Shown one piece after another: positions 43,746 through 44,560 of a DNA stretch of 44,560 nt. Within the stretch, counting starts at the first letter, position 1. Each line of letters starts with the position of its first letter. Below the pieces are notes generated by a model. That model saw only the letters and a list, made by a program, of their open reading frames with translations, made no database searches and was not told the DNA's origin. The stretch comes from a bacterium (GTDB taxonomy: Bacteria; UBA9089; UBA9088): positions 1 to 44,560 of the forward strand of contig JBFMDZ010000004.1 of assembly GCA_040753555.1 (NCBI GenBank), in the 5' to 3' direction. Made by a program: the position numbers and the translations under genes.

Positions 43746-43865
43746 TGTTTAAAGGGAAGAATTACCACTAACCTTTATAGACAAAATAAAAGTTTAATAT
43801 CCACTCACCTTGAAATAAGTGAGAAGTATAAGGTGAATGAATTATAAAGCACCTAAACACATACA

Positions 43866-43894
43866 ATTATACACTACACATATTATCTTGTCAA
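43866..43894 (-). promoter_or_regulatory. Perfect consensus sigma70 promoter TTGACA-17-TATAAT
   Basis: The reverse complement reads TTGACA AGATAATATGTGTAGTG TATAAT and heads the long minus-strand gene run. Confidence 0.75.
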
Positions 43895-43918
43895 GAAAAA
43901 ATCTCGTATGCGTATGTA

Positions 43919-44438
43919 TGTACTCATGGGGAACATGGTATCCACCCCCTAGGTAAATTATTTTATCTTGGAGATAAAAGCATAGGAATTAGAAAGGATA
44001 AAAATGGGAGAATTTAATAACAAAAAATCCCGATGATGATGATATATTACGAAATGATAAGGGGAATGTCAATGAAAAAAATAATGAAAAATAAGTTTGA
44101 TTTAAGACTTAAGATGGTAAAGATGGCGGAAGAAATGGGAATAAGGCAGGGAGCAAGGGTTTTTGAGACAACAAGGAAGATTATAAGGAAATGGCTTTAT
44201 CGCTATAAAAGAGAAAGAAAAGGAAGAAAAAATAAAAGATATGAAGGGATTTAAGAGAGATTAAGAATATGATGAAGCCTTTTAAAGAAACTTCAGATAG
44301 ACACAAAAGACCTTTGTGATATAGAGAAGTATTGGCTTCAAATGATGAGACTTAAGCTACCTAGATATCAATATACAGCCAGGGATATGAAAACAGGGGC
44401 TTGTTTCTATGCCTATGCTCATAATAATAATTCTTTTA
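43919..44438 (+). pseudogene. Internally deleted, frameshifted IS481-like transposase remnant
   Basis: HTH segment KFDLRLKMV..GARVFETTRKIIRKWLYRY (44033-44254) and, in another frame, the integrase-core segment LQIDTKDL..LPRYQYTARDMKTG from 44291. A TGT-starting putative IRL lies near 43919 (boundary uncertain). Confidence 0.6.
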
Positions 44439-44501
44439 GTAACTATTCAGTATATCGTATTTTATATGTTTGGCTGTTTTAAAATTCATCCATTCTATAA
44501 T

Positions 44502-44560
44502 AAATCCCAAATCCCAAGTTCAAATGTCAAAAAAATGTCCAATTTCCAATGTCCAATATC
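44502..44560. repeat. Degenerate 7-mer array (AAATCCC/CAATGTC/CAATTTC-type) running off the window edge
   Basis: Period-7 pattern read directly. Confidence 0.7.

Noticed and set aside
1-44560. tRNA, rRNA, prophage or integrase genes
   Set aside because: No cloverleaf or rRNA-like GC-rich structured segments and no phage structural or recombinase ORFs were recognised by eye; a tRNAscan/Infernal run would be needed to exclude small RNAs.

Overview
This is an AT-rich bacterial chromosomal window, probably from a diderm organism (it encodes a beta-barrel outer membrane protein); the lineage cannot be determined from the sequence. The backbone is housekeeping genes in long tightly coupled runs: nadD, proA, tsaC, gatC, murF, purA, hemC, glmS, pgk, gap, leuB, rpmB, cobO and a B12/siderophore ABC permease plus ATPase. 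Accessory content comprises an ECF sigma module bracketed by two inverted left ends of an IS1634-like element, a radical SAM/SPASM gene next to a dif-like 11-6-11 site, two nucleotidyltransferase toxin-antitoxin pairs, a surface-glycan modification cluster (GT-C, GT2, SxtJ/SxtK-like, carbamoyltransferase, SGNH) and an IS481-like remnant. The best candidate for an undescribed system is a translationally coupled four-gene cassette at 23914-31017: NurA-like nuclease, HerA ATPase, fused Type IIG restriction-methyltransferase and a B12-binding-like radical SAM enzyme. Two window-wide patterns also stand out. Degenerate 7-8 bp tandem micro-arrays occur at gene junctions and in frame inside NadD, MurF, HemC and an OMP signal peptide. 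Many promoter-like motifs place the -10 box only 6-13 nt before the ATG, suggesting leaderless mRNAs. No rRNA, tRNA or CRISPR array was recognised. All family calls come from motif recognition by eye, not database searches.
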